This document shows positions 54,242 to 64,000 of a stretch of 64,000 nucleotides of DNA, piece after piece. A program made the position numbers and the translations under genes. This DNA is from Sulfuricella sp. (GTDB taxonomy: Bacteria > Pseudomonadota > Gammaproteobacteria > Burkholderiales > Sulfuricellaceae), in assembly GCA_035530375.1 (NCBI GenBank), contig DATKUY010000038.1:34229-98228 (forward strand). The letters run 5' to 3'. How positions within the stretch are numbered: the stretch's first letter is position 1; every line of letters starts with the position of its first letter. The notes beneath the pieces were generated by a model. It had not been told where the DNA came from, did not search any database, and worked only from the letters and a program-made list of their open reading frames with translations.

Positions 54242-55357
54242 TCAAGAAGCATCCAGCATGCGCTGCAATGCCACCCGCGCCAATTCGGCCTCTTCGACCG
54301 GTACTTTGATCTGGTTCACCACATGGCCGGCAACCAGATTCTCCAGGCACCAGGCCAGATGCTGCGGATCGATGCGCGCCATGGTCGAGCACATGCACAC
54401 GGTGGAGGCCATGAACTGGACGATCTTGCCCTGAGCCTTGAGCTGCTCCGCCAGGCGGTTCACCAGATTCAGCTCGGTGCCCACCAGCCAGCGCGTACCG
54501 GGCTCGGCCTCGGTGATGGTCTTGATGATGTATTCAGTGGAGCCGACGAAGTCCGACAGTTCGCATACTTCGAAGCTGCATTCCGGGTGGGAGATCACGA
54601 ATCCATCCGGGTGCTCCTGGCGGAAGCGCTGGATGTGCGACGGCTGGAACATCATGTGCACCGAGCACAGGCCATTCCACAGGATGATCCGGGCTTTCCT
54701 TATCTGCTCGGGAGTCAGGCCGCCGAGCGGCTGATCCCAGTCCCACAACACCATTTCATCGAGCGGGATGCCCATCTTGTGGCCGCTCCAGCGCCCCAGA
54801 TGCTGGTCGGGAAAGAACAGCACCTTGTCGCGCCGGGCGAATGACCATTCGAGAATTTTAGGGGCGTTGCTGGAAGTGCAGACGATGCCGCCGTGCTCGC
54901 CGCAGAAAGCTTTCAGGTCGGCGGCCGAATTGATGTAGGTGACCGGAGTAAAAGTTGCATCGGGGTCGCACACCGCTTTCAGTTCGCGCCAGGCCCGCTC
55001 GACTCGCGCCAGCGTCGCCATGTCCGCCATCGAACAGCCCGCCGACAAGTCCGGCAGGATCGAGATTTGCTCGGGACGCGACAGGATATCCGCCACCTCG
55101 GCCATGAAGTGAACACCGCAGAACACGATGTAATCCGCTTCCGAGTTGGCGGCGAGGCGCGACAGCTTGAGCGAGTCGCCGGTGAAATCGGCGTGCTGGA
55201 ACACGTCGGAGCGCTGGTAATGGTGGCCCAGTATCACCAGTCGCTTGCCGAGCTTTTCCCTGGCAGCCCGGATGCGCGGCTGGCATACCTCGTCCGGCAA
55301 CGACTGAAAATCGGAAAAAGGCAATGCGGCGGAAGGCGGAATGTCTTTCAAATCCAT
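54242..55357 (-). CDS. nadA: Quinolinate synthase
   Basis: 371 aa. ILGHHYQ, VFCGVHFMAE, three-domain NadA pattern with conserved Cys residues. Confidence 0.95.
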   Translation of the reverse strand: MDLKDIPPSAALPFSDFQSLPDEVCQPRIRAAREKLGKRLVILGHHYQRSDVFQHADFTGDSLKLSRLAANSEADYIVFCGVHFMAEVADILSRPEQISILPDLSAGCSMADMATLARVERAWRELKAVCDPDATFTPVTYINSAADLKAFCGEHGGIVCTSSNAPKILEWSFARRDKVLFFPDQHLGRWSGHKMGIPLDEMVLWDWDQPLGGLTPEQIRKARIILWNGLCSVHMMFQPSHIQRFRQEHPDGFVISHPECSFEVCELSDFVGSTEYIIKTITEAEPGTRWLVGTELNLVNRLAEQLKAQGKIVQFMASTVCMCSTMARIDPQHLAWCLENLVAGHVVNQIKVPVEEAELARVALQRMLDAS

Positions 55358-55370
55358 GGTTCGCGTTTCT

Positions 55371-55985
55371 TTATTCGCCGATGCGGGCGCTGGCTTCGAG
55401 GATCGCCGCTTTGAGCGCCTCGTAATCCTTCGTCACGGGGAACTGGGGAAACTCCCGCACCACGTTTTCCGGCGGACGGAACAGGATGCCGGCATGCGCT
55501 TCGGCCAGCATCGCGGTGTCGTTGTAGGAGTCGCCCGCAGCGATCGTCCTGAAATTAAGCGCCTTGAACGCCTTCACCGATTCCCGCTTCTGCTCCGGCA
55601 TGCGCAGATGGTAATTCACCAGCATACCCTCGGCATCGGCCTCCATGCGGTGGCAGAACAAGGTGGGCCAGCCCAGTTGCTTCATCAACGGCATGGCGAA
55701 TTCGTAGAAAGTGTCGGACAGGATCACCACCTGGAAGCGGTTGCGCAGCCAGTCGAGACACTCGCGCGCGCCCGGCATCGGCTCCAGGCCGGCAATCACC
55801 TCCTGGATGTCGGGCAAACCGAGCTTCTTCTCGGCCAGGATGCCGAGGCGGTACTTCATCAGCTTGTCGTAATCGGGCTCGTCGCGGGTAGTGAGGCGCA
55901 ACTCGGGGATGCCGGTGCGTTCGGCAAAGGCGATCCATATCTCGGGAACCAATACGCCTTCAAGATCTAGGCAAACGATTTGCAT
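55371..55985 (-). CDS. thrH: Phosphoserine phosphatase/homoserine phosphotransferase ThrH-like HAD protein
   Basis: ATG 55983-55985 gives MQIVCLDLEGVLVPEIWIAFAERTGI...ILSDTFYEF...AAGDSYNDTAML. From my recollection of its sequence, this closely resembles Pseudomonas ThrH. Confidence 0.85.
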   Translation of the reverse strand: MQIVCLDLEGVLVPEIWIAFAERTGIPELRLTTRDEPDYDKLMKYRLGILAEKKLGLPDIQEVIAGLEPMPGARECLDWLRNRFQVVILSDTFYEFAMPLMKQLGWPTLFCHRMEADAEGMLVNYHLRMPEQKRESVKAFKALNFRTIAAGDSYNDTAMLAEAHAGILFRPPENVVREFPQFPVTKDYEALKAAILEASARIGE

Positions 55986-56030
55986 GGGCAGGAAATCCAT
56001 TCATGTTGAGGGGAAAACCCCGACATTTTA

Positions 56031-56513
56031 TCACTTTCTCATTGCGGGATTGGCCTGGTGCTGCAAGATCCGGGAATCCGGACCGGGGCACAAACGCTCG
56101 ATCGCCGCCGCATTGGTCCAGGAAAAAACTTTTTTTGCCGCTTCCTCATGCGCCATCCACATGAAATTCAGATGCTCGCGCGGCTCCAGTTCGACCGCCA
56201 CGGGCTGCGGCAGTTCCAGCCCGAACACATGCTCGACATTATGCGTCACGCCGGGCGCATAGCGGTAGCGCCATTCGGCGAAAATCTCGAAGTCGAACTG
56301 CAAGTCCCAGTCGATAAGCGTGTACTTCTCCGCATCCAGGCCGGTTTCCTCGCGCACTTCGCGCACTGCGGTCTGGCGCAAACTTTCGCCCGGCTCGCTG
56401 CTGCCCGTCACCGACTGCCAGTAACCGGGATGATCGGCGCGCTCCAGCAGCAGCACCTGCCGATCAGGGGTGTAAATCACCACCAGGATGGATATGGGAA
56501 TTTTATAAGACAT
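56031..56513 (-). CDS. nudB: NUDIX hydrolase (dihydroneopterin triphosphate diphosphatase NudB-like)
   Basis: ATG 56511-56513 gives MSYKIPISILVVIY.... The Nudix box is GSSEPGESLRQTAVREVREETG. Confidence 0.8.
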   Translation of the reverse strand: MSYKIPISILVVIYTPDRQVLLLERADHPGYWQSVTGSSEPGESLRQTAVREVREETGLDAEKYTLIDWDLQFDFEIFAEWRYRYAPGVTHNVEHVFGLELPQPVAVELEPREHLNFMWMAHEEAAKKVFSWTNAAAIERLCPGPDSRILQHQANPAMRK

Positions 56514-56728
56514 GCCGTATTGTTTCAGTTCCCCATCGCCCAGACAAGCGGCACCCGTGATGTTCAGCGCGAGATGTATCATCAGGATCGGACTTTTCAC
56601 CGCAGCAACCCTGTTGAATACAAGACGAGCAGGAACCGTATCCCAAAAACCCCGGCCTAGCTAAAAATTTATTTTTTCTATATGATTTCCATGACTTATA
56701 CATTCTTCCATTGAATATCGGTTTCACC

Positions 56729-57514
56729 ATGCCATCTACCGAATCGTTCCATGAACGCACTCATGCCCTGTGGGACGAACTCGCCGATTTCGAGGCTTCG
56801 CAGGCCGATGAGGCACTTCATCACCTGATGAAACGATTGTGCGAGTTGGTCGGCGCCCAAAATGCCTGCTGGGTGGGTGCAGTGCGTTTATCAGGCGATT
56901 TTTCCGGCGATCCGGTGAAGGGCTGGCGGCCACGCGTCGTCCGCTTCCTGCACCCCTCGCCATTACTGGATGAAGGTGTGCGGGAACAGATGGCGAAGCT
57001 GGAACAAGGGGTCGCGGATATAACCACCATCCGCAATGCGGAGGGAGCGGGTATTTTTCGCGCTAACCGGTTGCGGGATATAGTCGCTCCCGAGTGGTTT
57101 GAGACTCCATATTATCAGGCTTATTACCGCGACCTAGGCAAGGCGGATGCCATCTGGGTCTCTTTCCCAATAAACGAGGATGCGGAATCCTTGTTCGGTA
57201 TCTATAGCACTCTGGATCGCCCACCATTTACCGAGGCCGAACGAGATATCAGCGCCTACACCCTGCGGGGTATCAAGTGGTTCCATCGCCAGATCATGCT
57301 CTCCCACTGTCTGCTGGTGGCCGGGTCGCCCCTGACTCCGGTAGAACGGCAGGTATTGCACGGGCTGCTGTCCGGGCTGACCGAAAAGGAAATCGCGATA
57401 GCCCAGAATCAGAGCTACCACACCACCCACGAATACGTCAGCGCCATATACCGCAAGTTCGGCGTAAACAACCGCGCAACGCTGATGGCACTATGGCTCG
57501 GCAAAGCCTCCTGA
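56729..57514 (+). CDS. LuxR-family transcriptional regulator with an uncharacterized N-terminal domain
   Basis: ATG 56729 is preferred over the TTG at 56711. C-terminal HTH: LTPVERQVLHGLLSGLTEKEIAIAQNQSYHTTHEYVSAIYRKFGVNNR. Confidence 0.8.
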   Translation: MPSTESFHERTHALWDELADFEASQADEALHHLMKRLCELVGAQNACWVGAVRLSGDFSGDPVKGWRPRVVRFLHPSPLLDEGVREQMAKLEQGVADITTIRNAEGAGIFRANRLRDIVAPEWFETPYYQAYYRDLGKADAIWVSFPINEDAESLFGIYSTLDRPPFTEAERDISAYTLRGIKWFHRQIMLSHCLLVAGSPLTPVERQVLHGLLSGLTEKEIAIAQNQSYHTTHEYVSAIYRKFGVNNRATLMALWLGKAS

Positions 57515-57625
57515 CCTTTTCCCCCTGATTAGGGGGTACAACAAAAACAAACACATAGGCATAATTGATAATTCTCAATCTCGGGGTATTCCCGAGAAAC
57601 AACCGATTTGTTCAGGAGCAGGGCT

Positions 57626-59263
57626 ATGGCAGGAATCAGGGATTGGCGCATCGTCGGGCTGTGCGGGCTGGCGGTATTCTCTTTTGGCGCAATGGCTCAG
57701 GAGCTGCCGCCCGGCGACACCGGCCCCAAATGGGGTCCGCACATCGATGCCGAGGCCAAGCTCGGCAACAAGCGCAATCTCGGCGAAGCCGACCTGTTCC
57801 TGCCGATCTCCCAGGATAACCGCACCCTGGTCTTCGCCAACCTGCGCGGACGTTTCGACGACAACGCCAGCCGCGAAGGCAACTTCGGCCTCGGCGTGCG
57901 CCGCATGCGGCAGGATGGCTGGAACCTGGGCGCCTACGGCTATTTCGACCGCCGCCGTAGCGACACGGGCAATTTCTTCAACCAGGGTACGCTGGGCGTC
58001 GAGGCGCTGGGGCGCGATCTGGATTTCCGCGCCAACGGCTATGTGCCCATCGGCACGCGGGTGCGTGATCTTGGCGAAACCAGCAGCGCCGCACTGTCTG
58101 GCGCTTCGGTCCAGCTCACCACTACCGACCGGGAGGAACGCGCCCTCAAAGGGTTCGACGCCGAGGCTGGCTGGCGTTTACCGTTGTTCGACCCCGAAGC
58201 TCGCCGCCAGTTTCGCCTTTTTCTCGGCGGTTACCGCTTCAGCGACGATGTGCTGACGGTAGAGGGGCCGCGCGTTCGCGCCGAACTGACGATGGAAGAA
58301 CTACCCTGGCTCGGCAAGGGCGCGGGGCTATTCTTGGGTGCCGAGGCCCAACACGACAATACGCGGGGCGGCCAGTCTTTCCTTTCCCTACGCTTGCGCA
58401 TCCCCCTCGGCAAGGAAAGCGCGCGCCCCAGCACGCTCAACGCTCAGGAACGCCGCATGGCCGCGCCGGTAATGCGCGACGTAGATATCGTGACCCAGAG
58501 CCGAGTCGCCTCGATGCTAGTGGAAACCGCCACCCAAACGGCAGGCGGCAGCGCGATCACGGTGCTGGATAGCGCCACCACCGCCGGCGCAGCGCTCCCC
58601 GGCGCAGTGACCGCCGCCGGAGCCAACAGCACGGTAATCCTCTCCGGCACCTTCAACACCACTGCAACCACCACGCTTCAGGCCGGACAAACCGTGATGG
58701 GAGGTGGCTCGCTCACCGTGAAAAGCGCCTCGGGGCGCACCGCCGCCTTGAGCCTGCCCAGCGCCACCGTTGCCGGCGGCATAGGCGGCGGCGTGAACTC
58801 TTCGACCTTCGCGTTGGCCAACAACAGCACGTTGACCGGCCTGACGATCTCCAACTCTGGAAACGCGGGTGCCGGAATTGCCGCCATCTACGTCAACGGC
58901 ATCAGCGGCGTGACCCTTTCCAACAACACCATCACTGGTACGGAGAGCGGCGCCAACACGGGCATAGGGGTAGCCCTGAACAACGCCAGCAACATCACGA
59001 TCAGCGGCAACAACATCAGCGCCAGCGCCGGCGCCACCGCGGAAGCCCTCGTCATGATCGACAGCACCGCGACGATAACAGGGAACACGCTGAGTGCCAG
59101 CCACGGCGCGAACAACTACTACGCCTTCTTCAACACTGGCGGCGGAAACACGACATTGACGTCCTCGACCGGCAACGTCCACAGCAACGGAACCTGCCAG
59201 AACTTCGCCGCCGGCCATATCACCGGCAGCCTATCCTTTACCGACTTGAGCACCTGCCCATAA
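57626..59263 (+). CDS. Inverse-autotransporter-like outer-membrane protein with a short parallel beta-helix (PbH1-repeat) passenger
   Basis: ATG 57626 followed by the signal peptide ...AVFSFGAMAQE. The segment ADLFLPISQDNRTLVFANLRGRFDDNASREGNFGLGVRRMRQDGWNLGAYGYFDRRR...GVEALGRDLDFRANGYVPIG matches the intimin/invasin beta-domain pattern. The linker is ERRMAAPVMRDVDIV. The C-terminus has repeats such as GVTLSNNTITG and ASNITISGNNISA. Confidence 0.7.
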   Translation: MAGIRDWRIVGLCGLAVFSFGAMAQELPPGDTGPKWGPHIDAEAKLGNKRNLGEADLFLPISQDNRTLVFANLRGRFDDNASREGNFGLGVRRMRQDGWNLGAYGYFDRRRSDTGNFFNQGTLGVEALGRDLDFRANGYVPIGTRVRDLGETSSAALSGASVQLTTTDREERALKGFDAEAGWRLPLFDPEARRQFRLFLGGYRFSDDVLTVEGPRVRAELTMEELPWLGKGAGLFLGAEAQHDNTRGGQSFLSLRLRIPLGKESARPSTLNAQERRMAAPVMRDVDIVTQSRVASMLVETATQTAGGSAITVLDSATTAGAALPGAVTAAGANSTVILSGTFNTTATTTLQAGQTVMGGGSLTVKSASGRTAALSLPSATVAGGIGGGVNSSTFALANNSTLTGLTISNSGNAGAGIAAIYVNGISGVTLSNNTITGTESGANTGIGVALNNASNITISGNNISASAGATAEALVMIDSTATITGNTLSASHGANNYYAFFNTGGGNTTLTSSTGNVHSNGTCQNFAAGHITGSLSFTDLSTCP

Positions 59264-59363
59264 GCGCTTCCTCCGCCCGCTTGCAGGCGGATTCATGAAA
59301 CAGCAGACACGGAATCACCCCTGCCCTCCGGGCAAGGCGTCCGCTGACCGCAGGAAAAACGGG

Positions 59364-59397
59364 CAAAAAAAGGGCGGCCTCTTAGCCGCCCTTTTCC
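59364..59397. terminator. Bidirectional intrinsic terminator between the autotransporter gene and aspS
   Basis: AAAAAAAGGGCGGC-ctctta-GCCGCCCTTTTCC. Confidence 0.75.
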
Positions 59398-59416
59398 TTG
59401 TGCGAACCAGCAAAGA

Positions 59417-61210
59417 TCAGGTCTTCTCCACCTCGACCGAGGTCTGCACCTGCTGGCGCAGGCGGATGTGCAATTCGCGCAACTGCTTCTCGTCCACCGC
59501 GTTCGGGGCGTTGGTCAGGAGGCAGGTGGCGCGCTGGGTTTTGGGGAAGGTGATGACGTCGCGGATCGATTCCGCCCCGGCCATCAGCGTGACCAGCCGG
59601 TCGAGACCGAGCGCCAGGCCGCCGTGGGGCGGTGCGCCGAATTGCAGGGCTTCGAGCAGGAAGCCGAATTTTTCCTGGGCTTCCTCGGCGCCGATGTTGA
59701 GCGCGCGGAACACCTTGGACTGGACGTCCTGGCGGTGGATACGGATCGAGCCGCCGCCCAGTTCCCAGCCGTTGAGCACGAAATCGTAGGCCTTGGACAG
59801 CGCTTTGCCGGGGTCGCTGGTCAGCAGTTCCTCGTGGCCTTCGGCGGGCGCGGTGAAGGGGTGGTGCAGGGCAACCCAGCGGTTTTCTTCCTCGGCATAT
59901 TCGAACATCGGGAAATCGACCACCCACAGCGGTTTCCAGGTGCCCTCGGCAAAACCGCGCTCATGGCCGATCTTGGCGCGCAGGGCGCCGAGCGCCTCGT
60001 TGACCACTTTCGCCTTGTCGGCGCCGAAGAAAATCAGGTCGCCGTCAGTCGCGCCGGTGCGCTCGATCACCGCTTTCAGCGAAGCGTCGGACAGGTTCTT
60101 GACGATCGGCGACTGCAGGCCGTCGCGGCCCTTGGCGACGTCGTTGACCTTGATGTAGGCCAGACCCTTGGCGCCGTAGATGGACACGAACTGGGTGTAG
60201 GCGTCGATCTCGCCGCGCGTGATTTCGCCGCCCTTGGGCACGCGCAGCGCCGCGACGCGGCCGATAGGCGAATTGGCCGGGGCGCTGAATACCTTGAAAT
60301 CGACCTCTTTCATCACGTCGGTGAGTTCGGTCAGCTCCAGCGTCACGCGCAGGTCGGGCTTGTCGGAACCGTAGCGGCGCATCGCTTCGGCAAAAGTCAT
60401 GCGCGGGAAGGCGGGCAGATCGACGTTGAGCACGCTCTTGAACAGGTTCCGCGCCATCTCCTCGACCATGTCGGTGATCTGCTGCTCGGTCATGAACGAG
60501 GTTTCGATATCGACCTGGGTGAATTCGGGCTGGCGGTCGGCGCGCAGATCCTCGTCGCGGAAACATTTCACGATCTGGTAATAACGGTCGAAACCCGACA
60601 CCATCAGCAACTGCTTGAACAACTGCGGCGATTGCGGCAGGGCATAAAAGGAGCCGGGATGAACACGGGACGGCACCAGATAGTCGCGCGCGCCTTCGGG
60701 CGTGGAGCGGGTCAGCATCGGCGTTTCCAGCTCGATGAAGCCGTTCTGGTCGAGCGCGTGGCGCAAGGTCTTGGACACCTGGTAGCGCAGCATCATGTTC
60801 TTCTGCATCGCCGGGCGGCGCAGGTCGAGGTAGCGGTGGGTCAGGCGCACGGTTTCGCTGAGGTTCTCGTCATCGAGCTGGAACGGGATTGGGGCCGAAG
60901 CATTGAGAATCTCGATCTCCTGCGCCAGCACCTCGATCTCGCCGGTGGAAAGATTGGGATTGATCGTGCCTTCCGGACGGCTGCGCACCAGGCCGGTGAT
61001 TTTCAGCACGAACTCGCTGCGAATCGTTTCTGCGGTGGCGAAGGTCGTCGCACGGTCGGGGTCGCACACCACCTGCACCAGACCCTCCCGGTCCCTGAGG
61101 TCGATGAAGATCACCCCACCATGGTCGCGGCGGCGATGCGCCCAGCCGCACAGGGTAACGGTTTGCTGCAGGTGGCTACTGTTGACGTCGCCGCAATAAT
61201 GGGTTCGCAT
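59417..61210 (-). CDS. aspS: Aspartate--tRNA ligase
   Basis: 597 aa: [10 protein letters not shown]...[19 protein letters not shown]..., with class II motifs. Confidence 0.97.
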   Translation of the reverse strand: MRTHYCGDVNSSHLQQTVTLCGWAHRRRDHGGVIFIDLRDREGLVQVVCDPDRATTFATAETIRSEFVLKITGLVRSRPEGTINPNLSTGEIEVLAQEIEILNASAPIPFQLDDENLSETVRLTHRYLDLRRPAMQKNMMLRYQVSKTLRHALDQNGFIELETPMLTRSTPEGARDYLVPSRVHPGSFYALPQSPQLFKQLLMVSGFDRYYQIVKCFRDEDLRADRQPEFTQVDIETSFMTEQQITDMVEEMARNLFKSVLNVDLPAFPRMTFAEAMRRYGSDKPDLRVTLELTELTDVMKEVDFKVFSAPANSPIGRVAALRVPKGGEITRGEIDAYTQFVSIYGAKGLAYIKVNDVAKGRDGLQSPIVKNLSDASLKAVIERTGATDGDLIFFGADKAKVVNEALGALRAKIGHERGFAEGTWKPLWVVDFPMFEYAEEENRWVALHHPFTAPAEGHEELLTSDPGKALSKAYDFVLNGWELGGGSIRIHRQDVQSKVFRALNIGAEEAQEKFGFLLEALQFGAPPHGGLALGLDRLVTLMAGAESIRDVITFPKTQRATCLLTNAPNAVDEKQLRELHIRLRQQVQTSVEVEKT

Positions 61211-61273
61211 ACTTACAATCCAATTTTTAGAATCTTGTTGATAGGGGAAGAAAAACGGAAAATCCGGATAATT

Positions 61274-61897
61274 CTAGTCGCCTGCGTAAACCCTGACCGG
61301 CGATTCCTTCTCTGAGGAAGCCATCACTCCCATGGAAACGATGTACTTGAGCGCATCGTCCACGCTGATATTGACCTCGATGGTGTCGCTCTTGCGCACG
61401 AAGAAATAGAAACCGTTGACCGGGCTGGGCGTGGTCGGAATAAATACCCCTACGTACTCGCCTTCAAGCTTCGGCACCACATTCCTCGGAACGGCGGTCT
61501 GCAACGCCAGCGACCAGGCCTCCGGGTGGGGATAACGCACCAGCAACACCTTGCGGAAAGCCTCGCCTTTGCCGGAAAACAGCGTATCGCTAACCTGCTT
61601 GACGCTGTAGTAGATCGACTTCACCACCGGAATGCGCGCCAGCACGCCTTCCCAGAAGCGGACCAGGCGCTGGCCGACGATGTTCGCGGTCAGCACGCCG
61701 GTCAAAAAAATCACCGCGATAGTCAGTATCGCACCCACCCCAGGCAAATACATCCCCAGCCAGCTTTCCGGCCTCATGCGCTGCGGCAGCAGCAGCAGGC
61801 TCTGGTCCATGCTGCCGATCAGCAGATTCAGCACCCACACCGTGATGCCCAGCGGCACCCAGATCAGCAGGCCGGTGATAAAGTACTTCTTGATCAT
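61274..61897 (-). CDS. DUF502-family membrane protein
   Basis: 207 aa: MIKKYFITGLLIWVPLGITVWV... Confidence 0.85.
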   Translation of the reverse strand: MIKKYFITGLLIWVPLGITVWVLNLLIGSMDQSLLLLPQRMRPESWLGMYLPGVGAILTIAVIFLTGVLTANIVGQRLVRFWEGVLARIPVVKSIYYSVKQVSDTLFSGKGEAFRKVLLVRYPHPEAWSLALQTAVPRNVVPKLEGEYVGVFIPTTPSPVNGFYFFVRKSDTIEVNISVDDALKYIVSMGVMASSEKESPVRVYAGD

Positions 61898-62152
61898 TTA
61901 TACGGCGCAACCGCCGCAGCCACCGCTACCGCAGGCAGGCGCGGCCGGCTTCGGTTCTTCCTTGGGCTTGGCATTCTTGAAATCGGTCTGATACCAGCCG
62001 CTGCCCTTGAGCTGAAAGCCGGCGGCGGACAACATCTTGGCGAAGGTTTCCTGCTTGCATTCAGGGCAGGCGGTGAGCGGTGCATCGCTCATTTTCTGGA
62101 TAAATTCCTTCTGGAAACCGCAGGAAGAACAACGATATTCGTAAATTGGCAT
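61898..62152 (-). CDS. FmdB-family zinc-ribbon protein
   Basis: ATG 62150-62152 gives MPIYEYRCSSCGFQKEFIQKMSDAPLTACPECK. Confidence 0.85.
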   Translation of the reverse strand: MPIYEYRCSSCGFQKEFIQKMSDAPLTACPECKQETFAKMLSAAGFQLKGSGWYQTDFKNAKPKEEPKPAAPACGSGGCGGCAV

Positions 62153-62323
62153 GACACCCTCCAAAAAACAAGATTATATCTCAATTGACTACGAAACAAC
62201 GATGAAACAACGCTGCTTCTATATGGGGCGGATTCGCCGCTTTACAAGAACAAGCCCGCTATCATGCAGGATTTGCCGTTTCAGGCGATAATGCCCGTAC
62301 CCAACCCGCCGCAGCCACCCAAT

Positions 62324-63334
62324 ATGAATGAAACTATAACTTATCGCCACGCCGCCTGGCTGCTGGCTGCCCTGTTCCTGCTCCTGGTACTCAAACTCCA
62401 CTTGCTGCCCGCGCTGATCGCCGGCCTGCTGGTTTACCACCTGGTTCACATCACCGCGATCAAGCTTGCCATCACCCGGCTGTCCGGCAGAAACGCCAAA
62501 ATCCTGTCGGTCGTGCTGGTTTCCACGCTGGTCATCACCCTGCTGGTGGCGGGCGCGATCGGTATGCGCACCTTCCTTCACCACAGCGAAAGCGGTGGGC
62601 TTGCCCCGTTCATGGAAAAACTGGCCGAAATCCTGGAATCGTCGCGCGCCGCTCTTCCCGAATGGATTTACAGCGCCATGCCGCGCGATGCGGAAGAACT
62701 GAAAACCCAACTTGCCCACTGGCTGCGCGAACACTCCAGCGAACTGCAATTACTCGGCAAGGAAGCCGGCCATACCCTGGCCCATGTGCTGATCGGCATG
62801 ATCATCGGTGCCATGCTCTCGCTCCATGAAATGGTTGCCGTCGAAGTCCGCAAACCCTTCGTTAATGCGCTAACCGGACGCACCGCCAAATTCAGCGCCG
62901 CATTCGGCGACATCGTCTTCGCCCAGGCGAAAATCGCCGCGATCAATACCTTTTTCACCTGGCTTTACCTGGGCGTCGCGCTGCCGCTGGCCGGCGTCAA
63001 GCTCCCCTTTGCCGCCACCTTGATCGTGGTCACTTTTATCACCGGCCTGATCCCGATCATCGGCAACATCCTGTCGAATACCGCCATCGTCATCGTCAGC
63101 TTCGGTTACTCCTTCCAGTTGGCAGCGTCATCGCTGCTGTTTCTGGTCGGCATCCACAAGCTGGAGTACTTCCTCAACGCCAAAATCATCGGCTCTCAAA
63201 TCAAGGCCAAGGCATGGGAACTGCTGACCGCCATGCTCGTGATGGAAGCCGCGTTCGGCCTGCCTGGGCTGGTTGCGGCGCCGATTTATTATGCCTATCT
63301 GAAGAGCGAGCTGAAGGAGAGGGGCGTAATTTGA
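62324..63334 (+). CDS. AI-2E family transporter (PerM/UPF0118)
   Basis: Polytopic membrane protein. The track start is 62264; Met 62324 (MNETITYRH...) is an equally plausible start. Confidence 0.8.
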   Translation: MNETITYRHAAWLLAALFLLLVLKLHLLPALIAGLLVYHLVHITAIKLAITRLSGRNAKILSVVLVSTLVITLLVAGAIGMRTFLHHSESGGLAPFMEKLAEILESSRAALPEWIYSAMPRDAEELKTQLAHWLREHSSELQLLGKEAGHTLAHVLIGMIIGAMLSLHEMVAVEVRKPFVNALTGRTAKFSAAFGDIVFAQAKIAAINTFFTWLYLGVALPLAGVKLPFAATLIVVTFITGLIPIIGNILSNTAIVIVSFGYSFQLAASSLLFLVGIHKLEYFLNAKIIGSQIKAKAWELLTAMLVMEAAFGLPGLVAAPIYYAYLKSELKERGVI

Positions 63335-63514
63335 GGGAGCCGCACAAAGGCAGCATGACAGGATTAATTCTATTGTAATTCAGCAGGATGTGGCGTTTAA
63401 TCCAGCATATATATCTTTCGTTTTGGCCGCACCGGGGCCAACACCGATAGGCTGCAACACACACCAGCGCCTGCTTGCCGCTTACGGCAGGCAGCATGGA
63501 CAAATAAGGCACCA

Positions 63515-64000
63515 ATGAAAATTCCGAAAAGACTCGAACCGCTCGTCCAGGACGGACTCGTCGACAAGGTCCTCCGCCAACTCATGAGCGGCAAGGAGGC
63601 CATGGTGTTTGTCGTCCTCTGCGGGGACGATGTCCGCTGCGCAAAAGTTTACAAGGAGGCCAACAAACGCAGCTTCCGCCAGAGCGTCAGCTACACCGAA
63701 GGCCGCAAGGTAAAAAACAGCCGTCAGGCCCGCGCCATGGAGAAGAGCTCCAAATACGGGCGCAAAGAACAGGAAGCCGCCTGGCAAAATGCCGAGGTAG
63801 ACGCCTTGTACCGCCTCGCCGCTGCCGGGGTGCGCGTGCCGCAGCCCTATAATTTCCACGAGGGCGTGCTGCTGATGGAACTGGTGACCGACGACGACGG
63901 CGACGCCGCGCCGCGGCTCAACGATCTGGTGCTGACGGAAGAGCAGGCCCGAAAATATCACCGCATACTCATCACCCAGGTCGTGCGCATGCTCTGCGCC
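63515..64000 (+). CDS. RIO-type serine protein kinase/ATPase, N-terminal part (partial; continues past window end)
   Basis: Absent from the ORF track because it has no stop in the window. ATG 63515 gives MKIPKRLEPLVQDGLVDKVLRQLMSGKEAMVFVV...AKVYK...WQNAEVDALYRLAAAGVRVPQPY...VLLMELV, the RIO1 pattern. Confidence 0.75.
   Translation, partial: MKIPKRLEPLVQDGLVDKVLRQLMSGKEAMVFVVLCGDDVRCAKVYKEANKRSFRQSVSYTEGRKVKNSRQARAMEKSSKYGRKEQEAAWQNAEVDALYRLAAAGVRVPQPYNFHEGVLLMELVTDDDGDAAPRLNDLVLTEEQARKYHRILITQVVRMLCA

Noticed and set aside
59468-61315. 615-aa plus-strand ORF
   Set aside because: It is antisense to the unmistakable aspS gene, with a low-complexity Ala/Gly/Arg/Val composition. It is a shadow ORF.

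Overview
This is a 64-kb chromosomal window, high-GC (about 60% by eye, not computed). Gene content and synteny look betaproteobacterial: tol-pal, ruvABC, addAB rather than recBCD, and rpmBG-radC/coaBC-dut. Long ORFs antisense to real genes are common, as expected at this GC content. Region 1-14006 (all minus strand) is a hydrogen module. It holds the 5' end of a membrane-bound, O2-tolerant-type [NiFe] hydrogenase operon: a Tat-signal small subunit plus the N-terminal 263 codons of the large subunit. Upstream lies a 12-kb co-directional, tightly packed string. It encodes a cytoplasmic sensor-type [NiFe] hydrogenase (small subunit, large subunit, endopeptidase), three paralogous histidine kinases, a single-domain receiver and a GAF/HD-GYP c-di-GMP phosphodiesterase. 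No HoxJ/HoxA-type pair is present, and this string is the most interesting candidate system. Both hydrogenase operons carry a homologous leader/promoter segment of about 170 bp. Region 14230-18892 is a nickel module: nikR, a candidate NikR operator, a NiCoT permease, a TonB-dependent receptor and corA. The rest is mostly housekeeping: mscS-family, desaturase, rpmG/rpmB, radC, coaBC, dut, addAB, trxA, rho, rpmE, M48 protease, GT39, mobA, a PBP endopeptidase, icd, rluE, queE, cpoB-pal-tolBARQ-ybgC, ruvBAC, yebC, clsB plus an EEP gene, nadA, thrH, nudB, aspS, DUF502, FmdB, an AI-2E permease and a RIO kinase. Smaller oddities are as follows. A variable islet holds Mut7-C, vapBC, a 0.66-kb repeat-dense non-coding tract and an AT-rich orphan nuclease-like ORF. 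There is also a REP-like palindrome in frame inside addA, a perfect 55-bp palindrome, and two paralogous tiny secreted Lys/Ala-rich proteins. In addition, ruvC has a conserved N-terminus with no canonical start codon, and a LuxR gene is paired with an inverse-autotransporter gene. No rRNA, tRNA, CRISPR array, transposase or integrase was seen.
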